Shown in pieces: positions 37,763 through 47,909 of a stretch of DNA of 64,000 nt (position 1 is the first letter of the stretch; each line of letters begins with the position of its first letter). A model generated the notes under the pieces. It was not told where the DNA came from. It worked only from the letters and a program-made list of their open reading frames with translations, and did no database searches. A program made the translations under genes and the position numbers. This DNA is from Lachnospiraceae bacterium (GTDB lineage Bacteria > Bacillota > Clostridia > Lachnospirales > Lachnospiraceae): positions 38,036 to 102,035 of the forward strand of contig JBGVIB010000047.1 in assembly GCA_045122835.1 (NCBI GenBank), in the 5' to 3' direction.

Positions 37763-39298
37763 ATGAAAAAAAATTCAATTTATGGAAAAAGGTGGAGTAT
37801 CGGATTTTTTGGGGGAACGGTATTAGCGTTATTGCTTGTAGTTCTTTTAGCAGAGGGTGTTTCCTTTCAGAACATAACCGCCGATTATGTGACATGTACT
37901 GTGAATGGCGAGTATCTGGGAACATTTAAGGATGAGCAGGAAGCACAGGAGCTTGTGCAGGAGGCTCGTCTGGAAGTGGGGCAGGAGACAGGGGCTTTAC
38001 CGGTTGCCAATCTGCAGATAGAATATGAAAAAAAGAACGATTTATTTGCCAGTATGACAAATGCTTCTAAAGCAAAGGACAAGCTGAAGGCTTTGATTCA
38101 GGCAGAAGACAAGCAGCAGTTGAAACAGGTTTATATTGTTAAAGTAAATGAGTATACAGTGACACTTGATTCAAAAGAAGATGTGGTTGCGCTCCTTGAA
38201 ACAGCAGTGAATAAATATGACACCAGTGGAAATTTTACAGTGGAGCTATTAGATGACAGTGAGGATGGTCATAGCTATCATGCAAGAATTGTGGGTGTAA
38301 GCCGTTCTGCCAGAGATGCTTCTCTTGTAACCTTAAATTGTGGTATTGGTTCTGTGACAGATGAACTGCAATATGGTGACTCTAATCTGGTAAATCCGGA
38401 AGAGGGCACACTTCATGTGGAATTTGAGGAACAGGTAGAGGTGTTAGAGGGGTATGCTCCTTCTGAAGAGGTGATGTCTTTAGAGGCAGCCGTTGAGGAA
38501 GTGACAAAGGAAAAAGAAACAAGCCAGATGTATGAAATCCAGTCAGGAGATTCCTTGTCGCTGATTGCTTATAAAAATGATACAACCATGGAGTCCATTG
38601 TGGCACTAAATGATGATATCAAAGATGAAAATTCTGTTATTGTTGCAGGACAGGAGATTGTTATCAGTGTACCAGAACCGGAATTATCTGTGGTGACAAC
38701 GGTGCAGGAGACATATGATGAGGAATATCAGGCAGATACCATATATATAGACAACGATTCCTGGTATACCAATCAGACAGAGGTAAAGCAGGAGGCAACA
38801 ACCGGCAGTCGTAATGTAGTTGCACAGGTGACATATAGGAATGGAAAAGAGGTATCTAGAAATATTATTCAGGAAACGATAAAAACAGAATCTAGACCTG
38901 CAATTATTGAGAGAGGAACTATTGTTCCACCGACGTATATTAAACCTTTGTATGGAGGTGTGTTCACTTCCGGATTTAAATATCGTTGGGGAAGATGGCA
39001 CAAAGGTCTGGATTATGCATGCCCTGTTGGAACATCTATTATGGCATCCTGCGGTGGTACGGTATCAGCAGCTGGCTGGTCAAGCGGTTATGGTTATTGT
39101 GTCCGCATCAAGCATCCGGATGGCAGGGAAACAAGATATGCTCATTTAAGTAAGATATTAGTGCATGCAGGACAGCAGGTGAAGCAGGGAGAAAAGATTG
39201 CTCTGAGTGGTAATACAGGAAGAAGTACAGGACCACATGTTCATTTTGAAATATTGATTAATGGTTCACAGGTGGACCCACTAAAATATATGAACTAA
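37763..39298 (+). CDS. Peptidoglycan DD-metalloendopeptidase (M23) with LysM and G5-like domains
   Basis: N-terminal TM anchor. LysM 'YEIQSGDSLSLIAYKN'. C-terminal M23 motifs 'HKGLDYA' and 'TGPHVHFEI'. Confidence 0.9.
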   Translation: MKKNSIYGKRWSIGFFGGTVLALLLVVLLAEGVSFQNITADYVTCTVNGEYLGTFKDEQEAQELVQEARLEVGQETGALPVANLQIEYEKKNDLFASMTNASKAKDKLKALIQAEDKQQLKQVYIVKVNEYTVTLDSKEDVVALLETAVNKYDTSGNFTVELLDDSEDGHSYHARIVGVSRSARDASLVTLNCGIGSVTDELQYGDSNLVNPEEGTLHVEFEEQVEVLEGYAPSEEVMSLEAAVEEVTKEKETSQMYEIQSGDSLSLIAYKNDTTMESIVALNDDIKDENSVIVAGQEIVISVPEPELSVVTTVQETYDEEYQADTIYIDNDSWYTNQTEVKQEATTGSRNVVAQVTYRNGKEVSRNIIQETIKTESRPAIIERGTIVPPTYIKPLYGGVFTSGFKYRWGRWHKGLDYACPVGTSIMASCGGTVSAAGWSSGYGYCVRIKHPDGRETRYAHLSKILVHAGQQVKQGEKIALSGNTGRSTGPHVHFEILINGSQVDPLKYMN

Positions 39299-39420
39299 TC
39301 GAAGAAAAAATGGGGAGTATCACCAAAACATATGTTTGCACGTTGAGGCGATGAATGACAAAAGGACAAAATCGTCAAAATTTTAACCGAAACGAAAGAA
39401 GAAATCTTTGAAAAATTGCA

Positions 39421-39461
39421 AAGAAGATACATAATGTTATAATTGTGTATCTTCTTTTTTT
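39421..39461 (+). terminator. Rho-independent terminator
   Basis: AAGAAGATAC..GTATCTTCTT followed by T7. Confidence 0.8.
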
Positions 39462-39462
39462 G

Positions 39463-39490
39463 TTTACAAATATCAAACTTATGCTATAAT
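39463..39490 (+). promoter_or_regulatory. Strong extended -10 promoter upstream of murA leader / candidate small RNA
   Basis: TTTACA (39463-39468), 16-nt spacer, TGC-TATAAT (39482-39490). Confidence 0.55.
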
Positions 39491-39664
39491 GTAAATTAGC
39501 AGAAGGCATCACTTATTATTATGTACTAGTAGATATTAAGAATCTATTATTTTTGTACTTGATAAATAAGAAAAGAATGCAGAGAAAAGTTTCTAAAGTA
39601 GCAAGTTGAATTGAAATATACAAAATTTATTAGAGTTTGTTAAATATACTTTAAAATAGAAAAT

Positions 39665-39696
39665 AGCCGAACACACCATGGGTATCGGCTGTTTTT
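39665..39696 (+). terminator. Terminator-like hairpin inside the murA upstream region
   Basis: AGCCGA-N14-TCGGCT followed by GTTTTTCTG, 58 nt before the murA ATG. Confidence 0.45.
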
Positions 39697-39753
39697 CTGT
39701 GGGTTAAAAATGATAATAGGTCAGATAGTAAAATAAAAATTTTGAGGTGCGTT

Positions 39754-41046
39754 ATGGAACAGTACGTGATCAAGGGAGGAAATCCCTTAGTTGGTGAAGT
39801 GGTAATTGGTGGTGCAAAGAATGCAGCTTTGGCAATTTTGGCAGCAGCGATTATGACAGATGAGACAGTAGTTATTGATAATCTCCCTGATGTAAGGGAT
39901 ATTAATGTATTATTGCAGGCAATTTCCGGCATTGGCGCCATGGTAGAGCGTGTTGACCGCCATACAGTGAAAATCAATGGCTCTACAATTAAGAATGCAA
40001 GTATTGAATACGATTATATTAAGAAGATTCGTGCGTCCTACTATTTACTGGGAGCATTATTAGGAAAATACCAGAAAGCGGAGGTTGCACTTCCAGGTGG
40101 ATGTGATATTGGAAGCAGACCAATTGACCAGCATATTAAAGGTTTTCGTGCATTAGGTGCAGAGGTAAATATTGAGCATGGACTGATTTTAGCAGAGGCA
40201 GACGAACTGGTTGGAAATCATATTTACATGGATATGGTTTCTGTCGGTGCCACAATTAATGTTATGTTAGTCGCAGCACTGGCGAAAGGCAGAACTACTA
40301 TTGAAAATGCAGCAAAGGAGCCGCATGTTGTAGATGTTGCTAACTTCTTAAACAGCATGGGTGCCAACATCAAAGGTGCCGGAACAGATGTAATCCGTAT
40401 CAAGGGTGTTGAAAAATTGCACAAAACAGAATATTCTATTATTCCGGATCAGATTGAGGCAGGAACCTTTATGTTTGCGGCAGCAGCAACCAAGGGCGAT
40501 GTGACTGTAAAAAATGTAATTCCAAAGCATTTAGAGGCAACGACTGCTAAGTTATTAGAAATCGGATGTGAGATAGAGGAATTTGATGATGCAGTACGTG
40601 TAGTGGCATCTAAGCCATTGCGCCATACCCATGTTAAGACTTTGCCATATCCGGGATATCCAACAGATATGCAGCCACAGATTGCTGTGACATTAGGATT
40701 AGCAGAAGGAACCAGTATTGTAACAGAATCTATTTTTGAAAACAGATTTAAGTATGTAGGAGAGCTTGCCCGTATGGGAGCCAGCATTAAGGTAGAGGGA
40801 AATACTGCCATTATTGATGGTGTGCCAAAATATATGGGTGCAAAGGTGAATGCGCCAGATTTGCGTGCAGGTGCAGCTTTAGTTATTGCCGGTCTGGCAG
40901 CAGAAGGCATAACAGAGATTGAAGACATTCACTATATTGACAGAGGTTATGAGGATTTTGATGGAAAGCTTCGTAGCCTTGGCGGTCAGATTGAACGGGT
41001 AGATAACGAGAGAGATCTAAAGAAATTTGGTTTTAAGGTAGTATAG
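39754..41046 (+). CDS. murA: UDP-N-acetylglucosamine 1-carboxyvinyltransferase
   Basis: 'GGAKNAALAILAA' and active-site 'LPGGCDIGSRPID' (Cys). 430 aa. Start at ATG 39754. Confidence 0.95.
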   Translation: MEQYVIKGGNPLVGEVVIGGAKNAALAILAAAIMTDETVVIDNLPDVRDINVLLQAISGIGAMVERVDRHTVKINGSTIKNASIEYDYIKKIRASYYLLGALLGKYQKAEVALPGGCDIGSRPIDQHIKGFRALGAEVNIEHGLILAEADELVGNHIYMDMVSVGATINVMLVAALAKGRTTIENAAKEPHVVDVANFLNSMGANIKGAGTDVIRIKGVEKLHKTEYSIIPDQIEAGTFMFAAAATKGDVTVKNVIPKHLEATTAKLLEIGCEIEEFDDAVRVVASKPLRHTHVKTLPYPGYPTDMQPQIAVTLGLAEGTSIVTESIFENRFKYVGELARMGASIKVEGNTAIIDGVPKYMGAKVNAPDLRAGAALVIAGLAAEGITEIEDIHYIDRGYEDFDGKLRSLGGQIERVDNERDLKKFGFKVV

Positions 41047-41072
41047 TGTTATAAATTTCCTATAAAAAATAC

Positions 41073-41100
41073 TTGCAAAAATTGTAGAACTATGTATACT
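41073..41100 (+). promoter_or_regulatory. Promoter of the metK leader
   Basis: TTGCAA (41073-41078), 16-nt spacer, TATACT (41095-41100). Confidence 0.5.
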
Positions 41101-41120
41101 TAGTTAATAGAATATTATAC

Positions 41121-41278
41121 CTTTTATTCAGAGTGGTGGAGATACAAAGGATCTGTGAAGCCACGGCAACCCCTTAAAAGGAAGGTGCCAACCTGAGCGG
41201 CAGCCATATACGATGGCTGTTCGAACAATAAGAGGATTTGTATATAAAAACGAATCCGCTTATTGCGGATTTTTTTTT
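41121..41278 (+). promoter_or_regulatory. SAM-I (S-box) riboswitch with terminator
   Basis: P1 CTTTTATT / AATAAGAG. Conserved 'AGAGTGGTGGAG', 'CACGGCAACC' and 'GGTGCCAA' elements. Terminator GAATCCGC-ttatt-GCGGATT plus T9 (41252-41278). Confidence 0.85.
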
Positions 41279-41348
41279 CGAAAAAATCAGCAAATAAAGA
41301 TACTCTAAAATATTTTACATTCCTTTAATAAAGGAGAAAGGTGATAAA

Positions 41349-42530
41349 ATGGAAAGATTTTTATTTACATCAGAATCAGTAACTGAAGGACATCCTGATA
41401 AAATCTGTGATGCAGTATCCGATGCAATTTTAGATGCTATGTTAGAGCAGGATCCAATGAGCCGTGTGGCTTGTGAAACACTTACTAACACAGGATTTAT
41501 TATGGTAATGGGTGAGCTTACATCTAATGCACAGGTGGATATTCCAAAGGTAGTGCGTGATACGATTGTAGAAATCGGTTATGACCGTTCTGACTATGGA
41601 TTTGACGGAAATACATGCGCGGTAATGGTAGCTTTGGACAAGCAGTCTCCAGATATTGCCATGGGTGTTGATAAAGCATTAGAAGCAAGAGAAGGTGCCT
41701 TAGAAGATGATTTAGACACTGGTGCAGGCGACCAGGGTATGATGTTTGGATATGCCACAAATGAAACGGAAGAATATATGCCTTACCCAATCGCATTGGC
41801 ACATAAGTTATCAAGACGTTTAACAGAAGTGCGTAAGAATGGTACGTTGCCATATTTAAGACCGGATGGTAAAACACAGGTAACCATAGAGTATGATGAA
41901 AATGGCAAGCCAATTCGTTTAGAAGCAGTTGTATTATCAACTCAGCACAATCCGGAGGCGACACAGGAGCAGATTCATGAAGATATTATGAGAGAAGTAT
42001 TTGATGTGGTGCTTCCAGCAGACCTTCGTGATGAGAATACAAAATATTTCATCAATCCAACCGGTCGTTTTGTTATTGGTGGACCAAACGGTGATAGTGG
42101 ATTGACTGGTCGTAAGATTATCGTAGACACATACGGCGGATGGGCACGTCATGGCGGCGGTGCATTCTCTGGTAAGGACTGCACAAAAGTTGACCGTTCT
42201 GCAGCTTATGCGGCACGTTATGTGGCGAAGAATATTGTTGCAGCAGGTTTGGCAGATAAATGTGAAATTCAGTTATCCTACGCAATCGGTGTGGCACAGC
42301 CAACCTCTATCATGGTAGATACTTTTGGTACAGGAAAGATTTCTGATGAAGAATTAGTAAAGGCAATCCGTGAGAACTTTGACTTACGTCCGGCTGGTAT
42401 TATTAAAATGTTAGATTTGAGAAGACCAATTTACAAGCAGACATCTGCGTATGGACATTTTGGACGCAACGATTTGCACTTACCATGGGAGCAGACTGAT
42501 AAGGCTGATATTTTGAAAAAATATTTGTAA
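41349..42530 (+). CDS. metK: S-adenosylmethionine synthase
   Basis: '[13 protein letters not shown]', 'GAGDQG', 'GGGAFSGKD' and '[10 protein letters not shown]' motifs. The stop codon TAA (42528-42530) lies within the first bases of the MITE copy. Confidence 0.97.
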   Translation: MERFLFTSESVTEGHPDKICDAVSDAILDAMLEQDPMSRVACETLTNTGFIMVMGELTSNAQVDIPKVVRDTIVEIGYDRSDYGFDGNTCAVMVALDKQSPDIAMGVDKALEAREGALEDDLDTGAGDQGMMFGYATNETEEYMPYPIALAHKLSRRLTEVRKNGTLPYLRPDGKTQVTIEYDENGKPIRLEAVVLSTQHNPEATQEQIHEDIMREVFDVVLPADLRDENTKYFINPTGRFVIGGPNGDSGLTGRKIIVDTYGGWARHGGGAFSGKDCTKVDRSAAYAARYVAKNIVAAGLADKCEIQLSYAIGVAQPTSIMVDTFGTGKISDEELVKAIRENFDLRPAGIIKMLDLRRPIYKQTSAYGHFGRNDLHLPWEQTDKADILKKYL

Positions 42531-42708
42531 CTATTCAGAACCAGGACAATACAATCTTGTATTGTGCCAAACTGCACAGTCCGTATGAAAACGTAGTGGC
42601 AGCAGGCTAAAATCCATCACCGTAGGTGATTCTGCATGGATTTTGGCCTGTTATTATGATTGCAATTCATAATAACATTGGTAACCTATGAGGGTACTGA
42701 ATAGTTGC
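42527..42708 (+). mobile_element. MITE-like non-coding repeat, 182-bp copy inserted at the metK stop codon, with a perfect 8-bp target-site duplication
   Basis: TIR GTAACTATTCAGAACC...GGTACTGAATAGTTGC. Flanks are AAATATTT (42519-42526) and AAATATTT (42709-42716). The metK terminator lies downstream of the element. Confidence 0.85.
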
Positions 42709-42728
42709 AAATATTTATAAGAGATTTG

Positions 42729-42760
42729 GAATCCGCTGGCGTAGGCTGGCGGATTTTTTT
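42729..42760 (+). terminator. Rho-independent terminator (displaced metK terminator)
   Basis: AATCCGCTGGC-gtag-GCTGGCGGATT followed by T7. Confidence 0.8.
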
Positions 42761-42762
42761 CT

Positions 42763-42797
42763 ATGCGCACGAATTTGAAAGGAAGATGCACTGCGTG
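42763..42797 (+). repeat. 35-bp exact repeat, copy 1 (second copy at 52099-52133)
   Basis: ATGCGCACGAATTTGAAAGGAAGATGCACTGCGTG is identical at both sites. Confidence 0.9.
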
Positions 42798-42887
42798 CTA
42801 AATATACTTTGATAATAAAAATATATTGTCTTTTCCAAACAAATACCGTATACTATGAAAAAAGCGTATGGCAAAGGAGGTCAGGCT

Positions 42888-43322
42888 GTGGATATTTATA
42901 CAACGATAAATGGTGTATTGGTAAAACTGTTTCGGGATGTGATGCATCTAGAAGAGAAAGCAGTAATTACAGGTGAATTTAAGGACATCACCAATAACGA
43001 TATGCATATTATTGAAGTGGTAGGAATTGATGAACCGAAAAATATGTCTACAGTAGCAAAAGAACTATCCGTTACAGTAGGAACACTGACAATTGCCATG
43101 AACAGTCTGGTGAAAAAAGGGTATGTGACGCGAGTAAGAAGTGAGAAGGATCGTCGCGTGGTTCTTTTATCATTGTCCGAGAAAGGAAAAGAAGCTTATA
43201 ATCATCATAAGGAATTTCATCGGAAAATGGTGGAGTCTACCATAGAACGTCTTAGCGGAGAAGAAAAAGAAGTGCTTGTTAAGGCACTACAGAATTTGTA
43301 TCAGTATTTTCAAGAATTATGA
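42888..43322 (+). CDS. MarR-family transcriptional regulator
   Basis: Winged-helix region 'MSTVAKELSVTVGTLTIAMNSLVKKGYVTRVRSEKDRRVVLLSLSEKG'. GTG 42888 preferred (AAAGGAGG RBS 7 nt upstream) over the ORF-track ATG 42855. Confidence 0.85.
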   Translation: MDIYTTINGVLVKLFRDVMHLEEKAVITGEFKDITNNDMHIIEVVGIDEPKNMSTVAKELSVTVGTLTIAMNSLVKKGYVTRVRSEKDRRVVLLSLSEKGKEAYNHHKEFHRKMVESTIERLSGEEKEVLVKALQNLYQYFQEL

Positions 43323-43749
43323 TTGGTCGCTATATAAGAAAGAGGCGGCATTTTAAAATTCCTGACGCAAGTAGCAGCGCAGTTATTTTGAAATGTCGCC
43401 TCCTATATTTTTAAATACATTTTAAGAAACTACAAAAATACAACAAAATATTCCCAGATTAAAGCCCGATAATTTATAAAATAAAACTTTATAGCTTTAA
43501 AGCCCCACACCTATTGTGGAACGACACAAACCACGCAAAGTATGGGGCCTTAAAAAATAAAAGGATGAAAAAGATGAGATAAAAACAATGTATTGTTTGT
43601 TTTTACAAATAATACTATACTCATGATTTGTGAACTTGACATGAATGAAATGTAAATAAATTATGAACTTATCAATTTTTTTACATTTATTCTAGAAGAA
43701 ACATGTCGAAAAAACAAATATGATGTAAAAAATACGGGAAATCTGGTTA

Positions 43750-45543
43750 TTATAAGTAAAATTTTTTTAACCGTATCTGCAGTAAGGAGAATGGAGCAGA
43801 ACCAGATTCCAATAAAAATCTGTGAAAATTTTTTGCATTATAGTCTTCCTTCATATTTTGTTGTGCATAATCTCTGAGAGAACGGAATTCTAAATATCCT
43901 ATACAATATTTTAAATAGTTTGCGGGTTCTTCAATAATATATTGATAAACAGACTGGCATGCTTCATCATTTGCAATGCCAAAATTGTTTAAGAAATCCT
44001 TGACCTCGTCTAATTTCCAGCCCTCTCCATGGATTCCCATATCTAATCTGGCGTATAAGTAAAGGTTCAGAGCATTCTCAATTCGCAGATATTCGCTGGA
44101 AGCCTTATCAATACCACTGAAATCATAAGCATACATTTCCACATAGGTCGCCCAGCCTTCCGTGTATCCGCCATAATACAAAAGACTGCGAATGGGAGGA
44201 AGATTGTAGGAAGCTGCCATAGTGTTCTGGTACAAGTGTCCCGGGTAGCCTTCGTGAGCCAGTGTGGTATATAAGTCAAGCTGGCGTTTTTGCCGACCAT
44301 TATTGATATAAATTACATTTGAGCTGGCATCATCAATGGGTGGTGTGAGATAAAAAGCCGGACTTAAGTAATCCTCCATAGATTTATCAACATATTTTAC
44401 CGTATAATTGACGTCTACAGGTGTAGGAAAGTGTGACTGCATCTCCTCCCGTAGCTGCTCAAGCATCTCCTCTGGTGTAGCATCTGAGGTGAAGGACAGG
44501 TTGGAGGTTTCCAAAGAAGGATTTTCTTCCATAATTTCCTGCATCTTAGACATATCTTCCATAAAATAATGGGACAGCAGATTGCTCATTTCTTCTACGG
44601 AGCGGTCAGAACCGGTGGTTTGCCGGGCAAGGTATTCATAATACTCCGCACCGCCCTTTAAATAGTACAGTCCACCATCTATTCCAGGATGTTTGGCTGA
44701 AATTGATTTTAGTCCGCTGACAAGAGCTTCGTAGGCTGGAAGCACTTCTTCTTCTATGCAGACCTTATTCATGGAACTGTATTTATTTTTCTCAGAAGCT
44801 GTTAGGCCTTCCACTGTATTAAGGCGTGAATCAAAGGAGGAAATTAAAAAATTATTTTCCTGTGACAAAAAAGAATTACATTGGTCGCAGATATCCTGTA
44901 CTGCAAATTCAGCCATGAAGAGATTTTTGTCAGCTTTTTCCTGCTCGAAGGCTAACATGCTGTTAAAGTAATCAGGAACATCAGACAATAGTGCAAGATA
45001 GATGTCAATATCTTCTTTTGTATAGAATGAGTATTCGCTTAACAGAACAGGAAGCTGGGCCTGAATGCCCGTTGTAGGGCTTAAAGGCTCTGAATAATAG
45101 GTATATGTATAGCCCTCAATAGTGTTTTCTAAATAATGGTGCAGTACATCATAATGAAAAGCCATATTTTCTGAGAGGTTTGTAGTATCAATTTGTTCTA
45201 ACTCCTGTAAACAGGCAATGGTTTCCTGCTTGTCGTCTTCTAACGTGGAGGTATCATAGCTGCCAAGAGTTGGCGTAATGTCAGTAATTCCATAATCAGA
45301 AGGGTTTTTCAAGGTGTAATGAAGTGTTAATGTATTAGAAGTGATTTGCTCCCGGAACAGTTCATCCATGAAAGTTTCAAGGGCCGTGGAAGATGTGTCT
45401 GTGGTATCTTCCTTTGTATGACATCCGGTCAAAGTAATGGAGCATAGCAAAAGGGAAAGCACAAAGATCGGGCGTACGCCTTTGCCGGAACTAGTACGCG
45501 TCAAGGAGGTGAAGGAAAATTTCTTTATATAGGAATGTATCAT
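43750..45543 (-). CDS. DUF885-family lipoprotein (putative metallopeptidase-like fold)
   Basis: Lipobox 'LCSITLTGC'. Conserved 'HEGYPGHLYQ' and 'GWATYVE' motifs characteristic of DUF885. Confidence 0.8.
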   Translation of the reverse strand: MIHSYIKKFSFTSLTRTSSGKGVRPIFVLSLLLCSITLTGCHTKEDTTDTSSTALETFMDELFREQITSNTLTLHYTLKNPSDYGITDITPTLGSYDTSTLEDDKQETIACLQELEQIDTTNLSENMAFHYDVLHHYLENTIEGYTYTYYSEPLSPTTGIQAQLPVLLSEYSFYTKEDIDIYLALLSDVPDYFNSMLAFEQEKADKNLFMAEFAVQDICDQCNSFLSQENNFLISSFDSRLNTVEGLTASEKNKYSSMNKVCIEEEVLPAYEALVSGLKSISAKHPGIDGGLYYLKGGAEYYEYLARQTTGSDRSVEEMSNLLSHYFMEDMSKMQEIMEENPSLETSNLSFTSDATPEEMLEQLREEMQSHFPTPVDVNYTVKYVDKSMEDYLSPAFYLTPPIDDASSNVIYINNGRQKRQLDLYTTLAHEGYPGHLYQNTMAASYNLPPIRSLLYYGGYTEGWATYVEMYAYDFSGIDKASSEYLRIENALNLYLYARLDMGIHGEGWKLDEVKDFLNNFGIANDEACQSVYQYIIEEPANYLKYCIGYLEFRSLRDYAQQNMKEDYNAKNFHRFLLESGSAPFSLLQIRLKKFYL

Positions 45544-45824
45544 AATCCACCAAAAACAAGATTTTTATTAATATATGAAATAGAGAAAGGAGATATTACG
45601 AAGTGTTAAAAGAAAATAGCGAAGAAAAAACGATAGATGTTCAATGAATTATTTATTGGAATAAAATACAAAACAAATGTTTTTGATAATGAAAAATGTA
45701 GATAAATTTTATAATTTTTTAGAAAATAAAATGACAAATATAGTAAAAAATGTTAAAATGATGAATGTAAGAGAAAATGAAGGGTAACTATTTTCTTTTA
45801 AAAAACGAGTATAAGAGGTAGGGA

Positions 45825-47894
45825 ATGCTTATGAAAAGAACATTGAAAGTAAGAATTACAGCTGCAGTTGTGGGTGCGGTCGTTATGGTGTCCACATTGG
45901 TTGGAGGCATTAGTTTTTCAGAATCAAGAAGAATTGCATTTAAGGATTCAAAAGAAATTCTTACATTAATCAATAGCAATCATGCAGCACAGCTAAATGG
46001 AATGATGGCAAAGGTTGAGCAATCAGTAAATACGCTGAGCGATATGACATTGGCAAAGATTAAGGATTTTGACAAGTTTAAAACAGATTCTTCTTATGTG
46101 ACAGAATGTACAGAGGAACTAGAAGAAAGTGTGTTAGGGCTGGCAACCCATACAGATGGAGCAATTACAGCCTACGTTCGGTATAATCCTGAATTTACAG
46201 AACCAACCTCCGGTATTTTCCTTTCAAAATCCGGTGATAGTTATGAATATCTGACACCAACAGATTTTAGTATGTATGACCCGTCAGATACAGAGCATGT
46301 AGGTTGGTATTATATTCCCGTAGAAGCGGGGGAGCCTATCTGGATGGATCCATATCTCAATGAAAATATTAATACTTATATGATCTCTTATGTAATACCG
46401 CTTTACATTGATGGGGAATCGGTAGGTATTGTGGGAATGGATATTGATTTCAATGTGATACAGAGCCAGATTGCAGAGTGGGAGGCATTTGATACGGGAC
46501 ATGCATATCTGACAAATGGTGAAGATAGCATTTTATATCATAAGGATTATGAAGTAGGTGCGAAGACAGAAGAGGTTCTTAAGAAAGATTCTGTTGTTAT
46601 TTCAGACACTTCGTTAGAAGGCGCTGTGCAGGACATGGGGAATTACCAGATAGCGTATACCATACTAGATAATGGCATGAAATTAATCATTTCTGTTCCG
46701 GAAAATGAGCTAAAAGGTGAAATGAATCAGCTTTCTAATAGCATTATGGTATCTGTTCTTGCTGGTTTATTCGTTTCTTTCCTGTATGCATTATTTGTAA
46801 GTAACAATATTTCTAAGCCAATTAAGCTTTTGACTAAGATTATTAAAAAGACAGCTGATTTGGATTTAGCACCAAATCAAGGTAGTCAGCAATTGATGAA
46901 TCGCACGGATGAAACTGGTGATATGGCAAATGCAATTCACCAGATGCGAAACAAATTGAGGGAAATGACGAGAAATATTGATGCTTCCTGTGAATCATTA
47001 TATGAAAATATTTCATCCCTGCAACAGACATCAGAAGCTATTGACAGTATTGCAGAGTCCAATTCTGCTCTCACACAGGAATTGGCAGCTGGTATGCAGG
47101 AATCTACAGATGCTACAGTTTCCATGGAGGAGAGTATCGCAGATGTGAATGAAAATGCAGTTTCCATTGAGAACCTTGCAAAAGAGGGAAGTAATTTATC
47201 AAAAGAAATTATGAAGCGGGCAGTGGAGCTTGGTGTGACAACCAAAGATGCATCGGATAAGACAAAAGAAATGTACACTAACGTGAAGCAGGATACAGAA
47301 CTTGCCTTACAGAAATCAAAGGCAGTGCAGAAGATTGGTGAACTTGCAGAAGCCATTTCTGAAATTTCTACCCAGACAGGTCTTCTTGCCTTAAATGCTT
47401 CTATTGAAGCGGCAAGGGCCGGTGAGGCGGGGAAAGGATTTGCAGTAGTGGCAACAGAGATTACCAATTTATCAAACCAGACAGCAGAGACAGTAGCAAA
47501 TATCAGTGATATTGTAATGGAAGTAAATGATGCAGTGGCTGAAATGGCAAAATGTTTAGATATTTCCATGGAATTTATGGGTAAATCCGTCCTGTCTGAT
47601 TATGAGAATTTTGGCAATGTAAGTGAACAGTACAAACGGGATGCGACTGTGATTGAAAATAGTATGAACAATATAGATAGTGCAATTGTAACATTGACAG
47701 AGCATATTATGCAGATCAAGACATCCGTGGAAGGCATTAGCAAAACAGCTGGTGAGTCTAGCATCAGTATCAATGAAATTGCGGAAAGCACATCTCAAAT
47801 GGCAGAAAAGACAAGCAACAATGCAGATATGGTAAATGACAGCATGGAGAAGATTGATTTGCTAAAAGATGTTGTGGGACAGTTTAAGATGTAG
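45825..47894 (+). CDS. Methyl-accepting chemotaxis protein (double-Cache sensor, HAMP, MCP signalling domain)
   Basis: TM-periplasmic(dCache-like 'YYIPVEAGEPIWMDPY')-TM-HAMP layout. '[24 protein letters not shown]'. Confidence 0.9.
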   Translation: MLMKRTLKVRITAAVVGAVVMVSTLVGGISFSESRRIAFKDSKEILTLINSNHAAQLNGMMAKVEQSVNTLSDMTLAKIKDFDKFKTDSSYVTECTEELEESVLGLATHTDGAITAYVRYNPEFTEPTSGIFLSKSGDSYEYLTPTDFSMYDPSDTEHVGWYYIPVEAGEPIWMDPYLNENINTYMISYVIPLYIDGESVGIVGMDIDFNVIQSQIAEWEAFDTGHAYLTNGEDSILYHKDYEVGAKTEEVLKKDSVVISDTSLEGAVQDMGNYQIAYTILDNGMKLIISVPENELKGEMNQLSNSIMVSVLAGLFVSFLYALFVSNNISKPIKLLTKIIKKTADLDLAPNQGSQQLMNRTDETGDMANAIHQMRNKLREMTRNIDASCESLYENISSLQQTSEAIDSIAESNSALTQELAAGMQESTDATVSMEESIADVNENAVSIENLAKEGSNLSKEIMKRAVELGVTTKDASDKTKEMYTNVKQDTELALQKSKAVQKIGELAEAISEISTQTGLLALNASIEAARAGEAGKGFAVVATEITNLSNQTAETVANISDIVMEVNDAVAEMAKCLDISMEFMGKSVLSDYENFGNVSEQYKRDATVIENSMNNIDSAIVTLTEHIMQIKTSVEGISKTAGESSISINEIAESTSQMAEKTSNNADMVNDSMEKIDLLKDVVGQFKM

Positions 47895-47909
47895 CAGGGT
47901 AATTATTTA

